A DNA stretch of 64,000 nucleotides from an uncultured delta proteobacterium (GCA_963806835.1 CAWEAR010000033.1:33992-97991); one strand, 5' to 3'; counted from the stretch's first letter, positions 37,578 through 46,831 are shown. The notes: generated from the sequence alone by a model not told the origin. Numbers and translations: made by a program.

Positions 37578-40500
37578 AGAACATGGCGTTCAGCGGAACC
37601 GCAAGCCACCTGTTCATAAGTGATCCTTTTGTTTCACTTTCCGTATCACTTTCTGATTCTTCTGCAAGTACATTGAGAATCGGGAGCAGTTCATTTGCCG
37701 GAACACGCACTCCTTTAACAGTATCCGGGTTTTTTGCCAGATTGCTCAGTTTTGCACATAATGCCTTGAGTATATTACCTGTTTTTTGAAGATGCGTATC
37801 AATCCTGTGGGTATTTTTCTCTTTAATCTTCTCTTTAAGGGGGTGAAGATTTTGCAGAAGCAACTCTCCGACTGTGTAACATTCTTCAGGAAGATATTCA
37901 TTCTTTGCAATAATATCAAGACTTTTTTCTGCATCATGCATGAACTGCTTTAACAGTTTTTTACGGTATTCTTCTGAAATAAACGTTTCAGGATGATTGC
38001 CGGTATGAGAGAATATCACGGTTTCATTCTGAAAAATATCGCGGATATGCTGTGTGATATACCAGAGTTCTTTGTTTTCGGGATCCTGTCTGTAAGCAGA
38101 TTCCAAAGCACGGATTGAACCTGAAAGATTATCCATTGTGGTCTGAGATGCCCCTTGCACCAGACTTCCTGATATTGGAATACATGCTACTGGTTTGCCA
38201 AAAAGATCAGATGCTCCGAATATCCGTGTGAAGATGCTCATCCGCATAATCATCTGAGTTGCAAAAAGATTGACGATCTGCTCCATTTCAGAAGCTCTCA
38301 AGTCTTCCCTCGGAGTACAAAGCTCTGTTTTGTAAGATACAAAGACCTGCTGAATAATTATTTCAATATCCCGCTCTAATTTATTACCTTTTCCCGTTCC
38401 TCTGCCCCGGTATATCCCCTGTAAAAATTCCATAAAATTATTCTCAAGAGAGAATGTCGGAATAATACAGATAATCTTAGTTGCATTAGGAAAACTGATT
38501 CCGCGTGTGCCTGATGATGTCATGATAATAATATCAGCCAGATCACCGTACTGTGAAACAGGAACTTCCCGTTCTTTTATATTTTTCTCCGATTCTGAAA
38601 CAGGAGAGAGTAATTTACGCTTCTCCGCCGGAGGTGTAAAAGAATGAAGAGTGATAACGACTGGGCATTTTTCTGTATTGACACGGCTATAAGCAAGGAT
38701 GTATTCTTTAAGCATATCCACAGAGACTTTATCCTGTATGATCACAATTGACTGCTCTTTTGGTCTTTGCTGCCAACGATCCACAAGCTCCTGAGCAAGC
38801 TGCATGAGAAGACGGTTTTCCAGATGGCGGTAAGATTTAGATAAGCTATTGTTCTCAAACCCTAAGGGTCTTCGAAGACCCTTAGGGTTTTCTTCCTGTA
38901 AGAAATCAAAAACAGGTCGCCATTTCAATCTCAGATTTGATGCGGGATAGACATTTGCGTTGATGATTTTAGCCGGTAAATCCATAATTTTAGCTGATTC
39001 AATACTAAGTCCTTTGGAATCAGCATTTCCGTTAAAGAGAATCTGATCCGGCTGTGATCTGCTTTTATTCAGATACAGTTCAACAGATGACGCATTGATA
39101 AGAGAGGCATCAGCGATAATCATCCGAAATTTCAAAGGGCATATCTTTCCTATCTCTTTGAATCGCTTCTTGATATTTATCTGAAAATCTGTCATCTCCT
39201 GAGCAGTCTGACGCCCTGCGCTGTCGCCTGTTACTTCATCAATAAAGAATATAATCTCATTAACCTGAGATGCAAATTTTTCAACAGAGCCAATATCCGG
39301 ATCCCTGTTTGTGCCGAATATCTTTTTCAGATTTGCTTTGAACGTGGTAATCTCCTGCTCCAGTTCCCTGTTGGACTGAGTAGTAACACACGCGATAATC
39401 CGTCTGTAATGATAATCTTTTACAAGCCTGTGAACAGCCTGCATTGTAGTATTAAAGACTCCGGGGATAAAAACTTTTTTCCCTTCGCCTGCTCCGCCTT
39501 TTTCAAGCCTTTTGTAAGATTTTCTTATCTTTATCAGCGGAAGACCTTCAAGGTCTGATTTATCAGGATAAAGCGGCTGAGATTCAAGAATTTCCGCATC
39601 TTCGGGGCATAAAAAGAGAAATTTCGGATCATTCGGCAGATCACGCCGGGACCGGCAACTCAAAGCGGATTTTCCGTGATATGCTTCAGCCGCCTTCAGC
39701 AGAGCAGCATTGGTGTTAATACATATCATTTCATCCTTACCGATAAGCTGATTTTTATCATTCGCGGGATCAAATTTTGCAATCAGGTCTGTATTTACCT
39801 GAAGTCTGGGGCTTACATAAACCAGCAGATATGTTTTCTGATAATTTGCAAGAATATTGCGAAGTGCAGTAGTCTTGCCGATACCAGGTGTTCCTGAAAG
39901 CACATAAATTTCAGTATCATCAGAATTATTCCAGACGTATCTGACAAGCTCCGCATGAGCATCCTGCATGGAGTTTATATCGGCATTGCAAAGATGTCGG
40001 GCAATATCATGAGGAAGCCATGCCTGAAGCTCTTTTGCTGTCGGTGCCGTGCCGGTGGGAGCATATCCTTCAATCTTTTCAGTAAATCCGTAAGTCAGAT
40101 AATCCGGCAGGCGCGTTTTGCTGAGAAAAGTCTCTTCCGCTCTTTTAAAAAGAAGATTCAGATCATCTTGCAACTCATTTGAAACATTTCTTTTTATATT
40201 CCGTAAAACAGCACGCTGAGTTGTGAGAATCTCACTTTTGCGCAGCTTCTCTTTTTCATCAGGCGTTCTGTTTTTATGATACTGAATCCCTTTATAAATC
40301 ATACCCATTTCATGAAGAAGCTCTGATTCATCTTCCCTTACATGCAGAAAATGTCTGCCCCGATCTGTAAATGCAACAATATGAAATTCAATATTCCCCT
40401 TGCCTGTTGCCCATTTATCAAAGGGTTTATCTGAAATAATCCGATCTTTTATTGTGTTATACAGTGAAAAGAGATAACCCCCGCCCTGAAACAGCTTTTT

Positions 40501-41247
40501 TGCGATCTTGTCATGGGTTGCCAACCCATTAAAATAATTTTTTAAATCCGGTGATATTTCCAATCCCAGAGTATCACTGGCAATTTGAAAATCTCTGCTC
40601 TTTATGACATTGCTCATCATGGATTTCCCGCGTCTGAGGCTCTCGTAAATATCATCCGGATCAGAGAGATTCAGTTCCGTATCCAGAGTCGGCGATGTAT
40701 GGGCAGAGAGTTCGTAACAGATAAAATGAAAGCGGTAAGCGTCATTGTGAAAGGTTCTGATGATGAACAGCATATCTGCATAAGGCATTTCACCCTTTTT
40801 TTTCAATCCGTTAAAATCAAAACCGGAAAGATTGGCGATTCGGGATAATTCTTTATGAGCTGAAACAGCTTTTTCCTCAGAGTTCAAAAATTTTCCAAAA
40901 GCCGGATTTGTATAAATCCATGCAATAACAGGATTATTTCTTCTGCATGGAAGCGATTTGACAAACTGCCGGGTTTCACAGAATCCCTGCATATATCCCT
41001 GAAATAATCTTGCATTTAAAACAGAGAGAGCGGTTTTAAGTGAGTTTGACTGTAGAAGGGATTTATCAGATTTTCTGTTAAATTGCTGATATATCTTTGT
41101 TAAATTGATTCCATCCATCTGAGATATGATCTTTGCAATCTGTTTTTCGCATATTTCCGACTGCTTAAAAGCACGCAAAGCAGATATTGTACCGGTTATT
41201 CCGCCAAGCTCATATACCTCTCCCTGTATAACACCGAATTCATCCAT
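37570..41247 (-). CDS. Large (1,225 aa) P-loop NTPase / SF2-helicase-like protein with uncharacterised N- and C-terminal regions
   Basis: Walker A LSGTPGIGKTT (39868-39897), Walker B IIFFIDEVTGD (~39225-39255), motif V-like MTSSGTRGISFP (~38488-38520) and motif VI-like QGIYRGRGTG (~38392-38421). I could assign neither the first ~440 aa nor the last ~270 aa. Confidence 0.75.
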   Translation of the reverse strand: MDEFGVIQGEVYELGGITGTISALRAFKQSEICEKQIAKIISQMDGINLTKIYQQFNRKSDKSLLQSNSLKTALSVLNARLFQGYMQGFCETRQFVKSLPCRRNNPVIAWIYTNPAFGKFLNSEEKAVSAHKELSRIANLSGFDFNGLKKKGEMPYADMLFIIRTFHNDAYRFHFICYELSAHTSPTLDTELNLSDPDDIYESLRRGKSMMSNVIKSRDFQIASDTLGLEISPDLKNYFNGLATHDKIAKKLFQGGGYLFSLYNTIKDRIISDKPFDKWATGKGNIEFHIVAFTDRGRHFLHVREDESELLHEMGMIYKGIQYHKNRTPDEKEKLRKSEILTTQRAVLRNIKRNVSNELQDDLNLLFKRAEETFLSKTRLPDYLTYGFTEKIEGYAPTGTAPTAKELQAWLPHDIARHLCNADINSMQDAHAELVRYVWNNSDDTEIYVLSGTPGIGKTTALRNILANYQKTYLLVYVSPRLQVNTDLIAKFDPANDKNQLIGKDEMICINTNAALLKAAEAYHGKSALSCRSRRDLPNDPKFLFLCPEDAEILESQPLYPDKSDLEGLPLIKIRKSYKRLEKGGAGEGKKVFIPGVFNTTMQAVHRLVKDYHYRRIIACVTTQSNRELEQEITTFKANLKKIFGTNRDPDIGSVEKFASQVNEIIFFIDEVTGDSAGRQTAQEMTDFQINIKKRFKEIGKICPLKFRMIIADASLINASSVELYLNKSRSQPDQILFNGNADSKGLSIESAKIMDLPAKIINANVYPASNLRLKWRPVFDFLQEENPKGLRRPLGFENNSLSKSYRHLENRLLMQLAQELVDRWQQRPKEQSIVIIQDKVSVDMLKEYILAYSRVNTEKCPVVITLHSFTPPAEKRKLLSPVSESEKNIKEREVPVSQYGDLADIIIMTSSGTRGISFPNATKIICIIPTFSLENNFMEFLQGIYRGRGTGKGNKLERDIEIIIQQVFVSYKTELCTPREDLRASEMEQIVNLFATQMIMRMSIFTRIFGASDLFGKPVACIPISGSLVQGASQTTMDNLSGSIRALESAYRQDPENKELWYITQHIRDIFQNETVIFSHTGNHPETFISEEYRKKLLKQFMHDAEKSLDIIAKNEYLPEECYTVGELLLQNLHPLKEKIKEKNTHRIDTHLQKTGNILKALCAKLSNLAKNPDTVKGVRVPANELLPILNVLAEESESDTESETKGSLMNRWLAVPLNAMFCG
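38857..38890. repeat. Perfect 34-bp palindrome (family P2) embedded in-frame in the helicase-like CDS
   Basis: aaaccctaagggtcttc|gaagacccttagggttt. It is translated as ENPKGLRRPLGFEN (residues ~786-799). Confidence 0.9.
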
Positions 41248-41299
41248 AGATTAACCTTTTTTACTTGATAAATCAATTATTAATTTTAAATTCAGACAG

Positions 41300-41328
41300 A
41301 TAATATTATAAAAGTAAAAAATTGTCAA
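41300..41328 (-). promoter_or_regulatory. Sigma-70-like promoter for the helicase-like gene
   Basis: On the minus strand: TTGACA (41328-41323), 17 nt, TATTAT (41305-41300), about 50 nt upstream of the ATG at 41247. The AT-rich context raises the false-positive risk. Confidence 0.4.
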
Positions 41329-41374
41329 ACCTGTAAAAGTAAAATTTCGGAGAGAATCGGAAATATGGAAGCAG

Positions 41375-41403
41375 TTGACTTTTTTGTTTGTTTGTATTAT
41401 AAG
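41375..41403 (+). promoter_or_regulatory. Sigma-70-like promoter upstream of the amidinotransferase-fold gene
   Basis: TTGACT (41375-41380), 17 nt, TATAAG (41398-41403). It would give a ~160-nt leader containing an imperfect 16-bp hairpin (TTAAGAAAAGGGATTTT...AAAATCCTTTTCTTAA). Confidence 0.3.
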
Positions 41404-41566
41404 GCAGAGGATTTGAATCACGGATTTACCGTATTAAAAAGATTGCGATGATTCATCTACAGGGATTGCGGTTAAGAAAAGGGATTTTATTCAGAAAAAG
41501 TAAAAAATCCTTTTCTTAAACAGAATCCTTGCAGATGCCTGTAATTTTGTGAAAGGATGATAAAAA

Positions 41567-42397
41567 ATGAGAGCTTATATAAATTCCGAATTTGCCGCTT
41601 TGAAAGCGGTATTATTAGGTTTTATTGATAATTTTAAAATACGTGAACCCGTGAACAGTGTTCAGCGCTATTATTATAAAAATGATCCGCCGCATTCTGA
41701 TTTGATGATTGAGCAATATGAAATGCTTGTTGAAATATTTGAAAATTTCGGTGTTCAGGTTTATCGCTATGACCATAAGCCGGTGAATATGGGAAGACCG
41801 TTTTGCCGTGATGCGTTCACAGTAATTCATGATACTTTATTCATTTGTTCTATGAAAAACAGACCTACACCTGATGTTACAGATTTAACGGCGGAGATTG
41901 AAACTCCTGTAATGCAGATTGATAAAGGGATTGTTGAAGGCGGAGATATTCTTATAGATAAAGATATTCTGTATATCGGAATGGGGGAACGGACAGAATT
42001 GACAGGATTGCAACGGATTAAAGAGCAACTGAACAACAAATTTGAAATTCAGCCGCTTCAGCTTAAATCTGAAATTTTACATTTAGATGTTGTCCTTAAC
42101 TTACTGGGCAAAAAGACAGCTCTGATTTATCCCGCGGCTTTTAGTGAAGAATCCCTTGATATTTTAAAAAAGCGGTATAATCTGTTTGAAATAAACGAAT
42201 CAGAGCAGTTTGCTCTCGGAACAAATCTGGTCTCATTAACGCCTGAAACCGTTATTTCAGAAAAAAGGCTGATCAGAATCAATGATTTTTTAAAAAAAGA
42301 GGGTTTTAATCTAATCACAACAGATTACAGCGAAGTATCAAAGCTGGGAGGTTCCTTTCGTTGCAGTACATGCCCGTTGATACGGGAGAAGTTTTAA
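41567..42397 (+). CDS. Guanidino-group-modifying enzyme superfamily protein (DDAH / arginine deiminase / amidinotransferase-like)
   Basis: 276 aa. GGDILIDKDILYIGMGERT, ILHLDVVLN, and a C-terminal catalytic-Cys context GGSFRCSTCPL. Confidence 0.6.
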   Translation: MRAYINSEFAALKAVLLGFIDNFKIREPVNSVQRYYYKNDPPHSDLMIEQYEMLVEIFENFGVQVYRYDHKPVNMGRPFCRDAFTVIHDTLFICSMKNRPTPDVTDLTAEIETPVMQIDKGIVEGGDILIDKDILYIGMGERTELTGLQRIKEQLNNKFEIQPLQLKSEILHLDVVLNLLGKKTALIYPAAFSEESLDILKKRYNLFEINESEQFALGTNLVSLTPETVISEKRLIRINDFLKKEGFNLITTDYSEVSKLGGSFRCSTCPLIREKF

Positions 42398-42419
42398 CGT
42401 GTGTCTGAAGTTTTAAAAT

Positions 42420-42467
42420 ACCTAACCCCCCTTGCCCTTTAGTTAGGGAAGGGGTCGGGGGTTAGGT
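42420..42467. repeat. GC-rich hairpin ACCTAACCCCC...GGGGGTTAGGT
   Basis: 11-bp stem at 42420-42430 / 42457-42467, just after the stop codon. Possibly a terminator or repeat element. Confidence 0.6.
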
Positions 42468-42552
42468 CAGGGAATGCGGAATGTCTCTTGTAGATTTATA
42501 TATTGCCGTAACAATAATGAAAAAGCTCTTTGCCTTGTTAATTTCTGATGCT

Positions 42553-43293
42553 TCATGACTCATGAGAATGAGGCACACCTCCCAAAGCATGACGATGATA
42601 ATGACGGTGAAGGACAGCAGAATCGCCGTTATAAATAATTCCCCCTTTTTTCATCTGATAAATACTTCGGGTCGTATCTGCAAGAAAATCATATTCATGA
42701 GAGACAATAATATAACTGATCTCCAGTTCATTTAAAATATGAATAAGACGCTCTCTTGTAGATTCATCCAATGCAGTTGTCGGTTCATCCAGAAGCAGAA
42801 CATCAGGCTGCATTACCAGAACAGTTGCCAATGCCACCAACTTTTTTTCTCCCCCTGACAGCCGATGCGTTACACGATCTTCAAACCCTTTCAGGTTCAG
42901 GGATTCCAGTGTTTTTAAAGAGATTTTAATCGCTTCTTCGGGTGTTTTTCCCATATTCAGGGGACCGAAAGCAACATCTTCCAGAACTGTGGGACTGAAT
43001 AACTGATCATCAGAATTTTGAAACAAAAATCCCACTTTCTGTCTGACAATGCGGAAATCTTTTTCCGTCTGCACATGCATCCCTGTAATATGAAGATTAC
43101 CGGATGAAACAGGTAAAAGCCCCATAAGAATATGCAGAAATGTGGTTTTACCGCTTCCGTTGGGACCGATAAGTCCGATTTTCTCCCCTTTTTTCAGCTC
43201 AAAATTCAGGCGATCCAGCACAGGCGATCCGCTGAAAGGATAGGAAAAAGAGACATCTTTCATTTGAATAATTATATTATTTTCATCAGCCAT
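42553..43293 (-). CDS. cbiO: ECF/cobalt-type ABC transporter ATPase (CbiO/EcfA-like) with a His-rich tail
   Basis: Walker A GPNGSGKTT, signature LSGGEKK, Walker B LLLDEPT. C-terminal HRHYHRHALGGVPHSHES. The likely start is MADENNIIIQMKDVSF at 43293. The track ORF extends to 43437. Confidence 0.75.
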   Translation of the reverse strand: MADENNIIIQMKDVSFSYPFSGSPVLDRLNFELKKGEKIGLIGPNGSGKTTFLHILMGLLPVSSGNLHITGMHVQTEKDFRIVRQKVGFLFQNSDDQLFSPTVLEDVAFGPLNMGKTPEEAIKISLKTLESLNLKGFEDRVTHRLSGGEKKLVALATVLVMQPDVLLLDEPTTALDESTRERLIHILNELEISYIIVSHEYDFLADTTRSIYQMKKGGIIYNGDSAVLHRHYHRHALGGVPHSHES

Positions 43294-44033
43294 TCCAGAT
43301 ATTCCAATCCGATAACTGCAATAATCATAAAACCCGACCAGATAATATCTTTTCGGGTCAGTGAAAACTCTTGAAGAGAGTAAAATTTTCCTTTGAATCC
43401 CCGGCAGAGCATTGCATGATGAACCCGTTCTGCCCACTCGGAGGCTCTGACAAATAACATTCCTGCAAGATAAGCATAAGTCCGGTAAGTATAAAGATTT
43501 GTTTTCGGCTTAAATCCCCTGATTTTTGCGGCTCTGACAAGTCTTTGATACTCCTGCTCAATAACAAAGATATAGCGGTAGGTGAGTAAAAGAAGATGAA
43601 CAATCTTTTCAGGAACATAAAGACGGTTCATGGCATGTCCCAGTGTAACTAAAGAGGCTGTGGCAACCAGCGGGATAAAGATCAGCAGGATAGCATTTGA
43701 TTTCAGTGTAATCCGGGCGGCAAGAAGAACCCCTTCCCGGCTCACCTGAAAGGGTCCTATCTGAAAAAGAGTATCTCCTTCAAATGTCAGCGGCAATATT
43801 AACCAGAAAAGAAAGACCAGTCCGTTGACAATTGCAACTCTTTTTATAAGCTCCCGCATATTTAACCTCGCCATTCCGATCAGCAGGAATGAAAGCAGAA
43901 TCGCGGCAATCATCGCGGAAAAGCGGCTGGAAAGGGCTATCACAAATGAACAGACTGTTGCGGCAACAATTCTTACTCTCGGATCAAGCTGATGAATCAG
44001 CGAATTTCCGGTTGCAAAGGGTTCAGATATCAT
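43272..44033 (-). CDS. cbiQ: ECF transporter transmembrane component (CbiQ/EcfT-like)
   Basis: 253-aa polytopic protein. N-terminal LDPRVRIVAA and a conserved RAAKIRGF loop. Confidence 0.7.
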   Translation of the reverse strand: MISEPFATGNSLIHQLDPRVRIVAATVCSFVIALSSRFSAMIAAILLSFLLIGMARLNMRELIKRVAIVNGLVFLFWLILPLTFEGDTLFQIGPFQVSREGVLLAARITLKSNAILLIFIPLVATASLVTLGHAMNRLYVPEKIVHLLLLTYRYIFVIEQEYQRLVRAAKIRGFKPKTNLYTYRTYAYLAGMLFVRASEWAERVHHAMLCRGFKGKFYSLQEFSLTRKDIIWSGFMIIAVIGLEYLEWLMKII

Positions 44034-44968
44034 TTGACCTCCAGAAGCTCCTGAGCTTTTTTATGCCCCAGATAGCTCGCCTCTTTTAAATCATCTTCAG
44101 CCTGCTTTGCTTTTCCCATTTTCTGGTAAACAATTGCCCTGTTATAATACGCTCCCGCGTAATTCGGCTTTAAGTCAATCGCACTGTTCAAAGCATCCAA
44201 TGCCTCTTCATAGTTTCCTGAGTTAAAGAATACTTTACCTTTTTCAACACGATCCAGCGCCACTGTATTGTGAACCGGGGTCTTTGCAATCCCTTTGAAT
44301 TCATAGCTACAGTGCTTACAGACTTTTGCTTTTGACAGCACTTTCTCAGCACATCTTGGACATGCCTTCATTCTCTCTAAACTGCTCTCACTCACTTTCT
44401 CCTGTATCTTTTTATTCACTGTTACATGATATTTCTGCATAATCCGTTCTAAAAACAATGCAAAAGGTTTTTCATCCACCTCATATATTGAAATCTGATG
44501 AACGATCTCCTGCTGGACAATCTGCTGGTTCTCCTGATAATCCGGGAGTATCAGAGAAAAATCAGCCAACAGTTCAATAATCTGACCGTATTTGTCAAGT
44601 TGCAGATTCTGCAATGCAGCGGTCGCGCCCATTTCATTTTTGATGTTTTCAATCTTGAAATAATCGAGCGCATTTTTGATAAGGGTCTGAGTTCCTTCCC
44701 GGATAGTCTTTTCAAGAGTTGTGGTATCATGCTCTTTTTTCAGCCTGCGTATCTTTCTCTCATATTTTTCTCTTACCAGACGCGTCTTTCCTTCATACTC
44801 CTCATCAAGCCATCGTTTTGTAAGAATAAACGTGATAAGCAGAGAGAGTATGGAAGAGAGAATGGTCGCAATAAAAGATACTGCGGTATTTTTTATCTGA
44901 AAAGGCAGATATGCCGCAAGACCGACAGCCACGGATCCTAGAACAATAAGACTGGCATAAATATTCAT
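44030..44968 (-). CDS. Membrane-anchored coiled-coil / zinc-ribbon / TPR protein
   Basis: Two N-terminal TM helices, CPRCAEK..(x10)..CKHCSYEF, and TPR repeats (GNYEEALDALNSAIDLKPNYAGAYYNRAIVYQKMGK). Its stop overlaps the cbiQ ATG (ATGA). Confidence 0.6.
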   Translation of the reverse strand: MNIYASLIVLGSVAVGLAAYLPFQIKNTAVSFIATILSSILSLLITFILTKRWLDEEYEGKTRLVREKYERKIRRLKKEHDTTTLEKTIREGTQTLIKNALDYFKIENIKNEMGATAALQNLQLDKYGQIIELLADFSLILPDYQENQQIVQQEIVHQISIYEVDEKPFALFLERIMQKYHVTVNKKIQEKVSESSLERMKACPRCAEKVLSKAKVCKHCSYEFKGIAKTPVHNTVALDRVEKGKVFFNSGNYEEALDALNSAIDLKPNYAGAYYNRAIVYQKMGKAKQAEDDLKEASYLGHKKAQELLEVK

Positions 44969-45252
44969 TTCATTCCCTCCCTGACAGATATTCTCTTTTA
45001 ATTAATATACAACTTTTATGCTTTTTGTTCAAGCTGTTTTTAGTCCAGCCTTTTATTAAAGACTTAAACAGACAGATATAATATATTTTATAAGATTAAC
45101 TGTAAAAGAGTCAAGAGATTCTTAAAATAATTTATCATAATAAAATTTCCGATTCTGTAGCTCTGTTTACGGGATTGTCCGGGCAAAAAAAATAATCTGA
45201 ATGTTGTCAAATCTATTGCTTTTTTATATAAAATATTTTATGAAATATAAAT

Positions 45253-45300
45253 ATGCGAATCGGAAATCAGGAATTGAGAATTAGGAATTAAGAATTAACA
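45253..45300. repeat. Purine-rich 7-8-nt tandem motif (GGAAATCAGGAATTGAGAATTAGGAATTAAGAATTAAC)
   Basis: Degenerate GAATTNA units repeated head to tail, upstream of the lipoprotein gene. Confidence 0.6.
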
Positions 45301-45358
45301 GTGGGTTATAAATTAGCATCAATATTAAAAAGTCCGGCATCAGCAAAGGAGGTAATAA

Positions 45359-46090
45359 ATGAAGAGAGTTATATTATCTGTTTTTATATCTGCGGCATGG
45401 CTGTTCATGTTCGGGTGTTACACACAGACGCCCCGACCTGCTGCTTATGATTACAGCACCCAGCAGACAATGCAGGCAGCATATCATTGGGATATTCTTG
45501 CAGAAGATGTTGCAAGAGAGATCAAAATGAATTTGGCAAAAAGGGAGTCTCTGACTCAGCCGGTATATGTGGAACCGGCATGCGGCGCACCTTTGTCCCC
45601 ATGTCAGCCTCACGGAGAATCACCTTTTGGAGAGGGTTTCCGTGATCTTCTCATGACTCATCTTGTTAAACAGGGGCTTATCACGATTGATGAAATAGAA
45701 AACGGTGCATTGGTTGTTTCCAATAAGGTACAGGTAGTCTATCATAAAGAAAACCGTCCTACCCGGCGCTATCCGGCTGGAATTGTATCAGGTATTGCAA
45801 CTACCATAGCCGGATCAATACTGGTTCTCAGAGATGCTTATGAATACGGCAGCGTGGGACCGCAGAGCCTTGCGTTGGGATTTGCTGTTATAGGCGGGGG
45901 TGTCTGGTATGATGTAACCGGCGGAATGTTTAATAAAATGCCGCACAGTGAGGTGATTATCACTACATCCATCAAGGATTACAATGCTTATGTTATGAGA
46001 AAGACCGATATTTATTATATTAACGATCAGGATTACTGGCATTACATGACGCCGCCTCCGGCTCATGTCATTGAGGTTCACGGTTCATAA
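45359..46090 (+). CDS. Hypothetical lipoprotein
   Basis: Signal peptide with lipobox LFMFGC. Gly-rich hydrophobic C-terminal segments. No family recognised. Confidence 0.55.
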   Translation: MKRVILSVFISAAWLFMFGCYTQTPRPAAYDYSTQQTMQAAYHWDILAEDVAREIKMNLAKRESLTQPVYVEPACGAPLSPCQPHGESPFGEGFRDLLMTHLVKQGLITIDEIENGALVVSNKVQVVYHKENRPTRRYPAGIVSGIATTIAGSILVLRDAYEYGSVGPQSLALGFAVIGGGVWYDVTGGMFNKMPHSEVIITTSIKDYNAYVMRKTDIYYINDQDYWHYMTPPPAHVIEVHGS

Positions 46091-46100
46091 ACAAATATAA

Positions 46101-46274
46101 GACAGGAAACTAAGTTTACGTGATGTGCAACTTTTTCCAAGTCATTCAAAACAAAGACTTATAATTTATTTTTTACCACAAAGACTCAAAGACTCAAAGA
46201 CTCTAAGTATCTGATGTTCTTAGTGTCTTTGTGGTAAAAAGTTGCACATGGCGTAAGTTTCTTAGTTTCCTGTC
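46101..46274. mobile_element. MITE-like nested palindromic element (~174 bp)
   Basis: Outer imperfect inverted repeats GACAGGAAACTAAG..TGTGCAACTTTTT (46101-46137) versus AAAAAGTTGCACA..CTTAGTTTCCTGTC (46233-46274). Inner hairpin ACCACAAAGAC...GTCTTTGTGGT with CAAAGACT tandem copies. Confidence 0.6.
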
Positions 46275-46300
46275 TTGAATTTTAACCTGGGGGAATTTAT

Positions 46301-46831
46301 ATGACAGCTTATAAAAAAAATCTTTGTCTGATTCAGGTGCTGAAAGTATTCTGCATTATTCTTCTGTTTACCGGATTATGCGGATGTGCCGGGGACTTAA
46401 TCAGATCAAGCTACAGAGCCACTGACAATCTGGTTTTTCAGGCAACCCCGCCTCTTATCCCTAATCAGCCGATTCTTATAGCCACTTTTGTCAATATTGA
46501 CAATCTGGAAGAATCTTCAACTTTCGGGAGAACGATTTCAGAATATATCGGATCCCGTCTTGCACAGCATGACTACAGAGTTGTGGAGATGAAGTTAAGA
46601 AATTCTATTTTTATCAAAGATGACGGTGAGTTTTTTCTTTCAAGAGAATTAAAGAATATCAGCACAAAGCATAATGCTCAGGCAGTGGTGGTGGGAACTT
46701 ATTCTGTTGCAGAGAATGTTGTGTATGTATCCGCCCGTATGATTCGCCCTTCAGACGGAATCATTATCACATCTTATGCTTATAAAATCCCGCTGAATGA
46801 TAATACCAAAAAAATGCTTGGATTGTATTAA
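46301..46831 (+). CDS. FlgO-like / LpoB-like outer-membrane lipoprotein
   Basis: Lipobox LTGLCGC. ILIATFVNIDNLEESSTFGRTISEYIGSRL...GEFFLSRE...AQAVVVGTYS...VYVSARMI follows the FlgO family pattern. Confidence 0.55.
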   Translation: MTAYKKNLCLIQVLKVFCIILLFTGLCGCAGDLIRSSYRATDNLVFQATPPLIPNQPILIATFVNIDNLEESSTFGRTISEYIGSRLAQHDYRVVEMKLRNSIFIKDDGEFFLSRELKNISTKHNAQAVVVGTYSVAENVVYVSARMIRPSDGIIITSYAYKIPLNDNTKKMLGLY

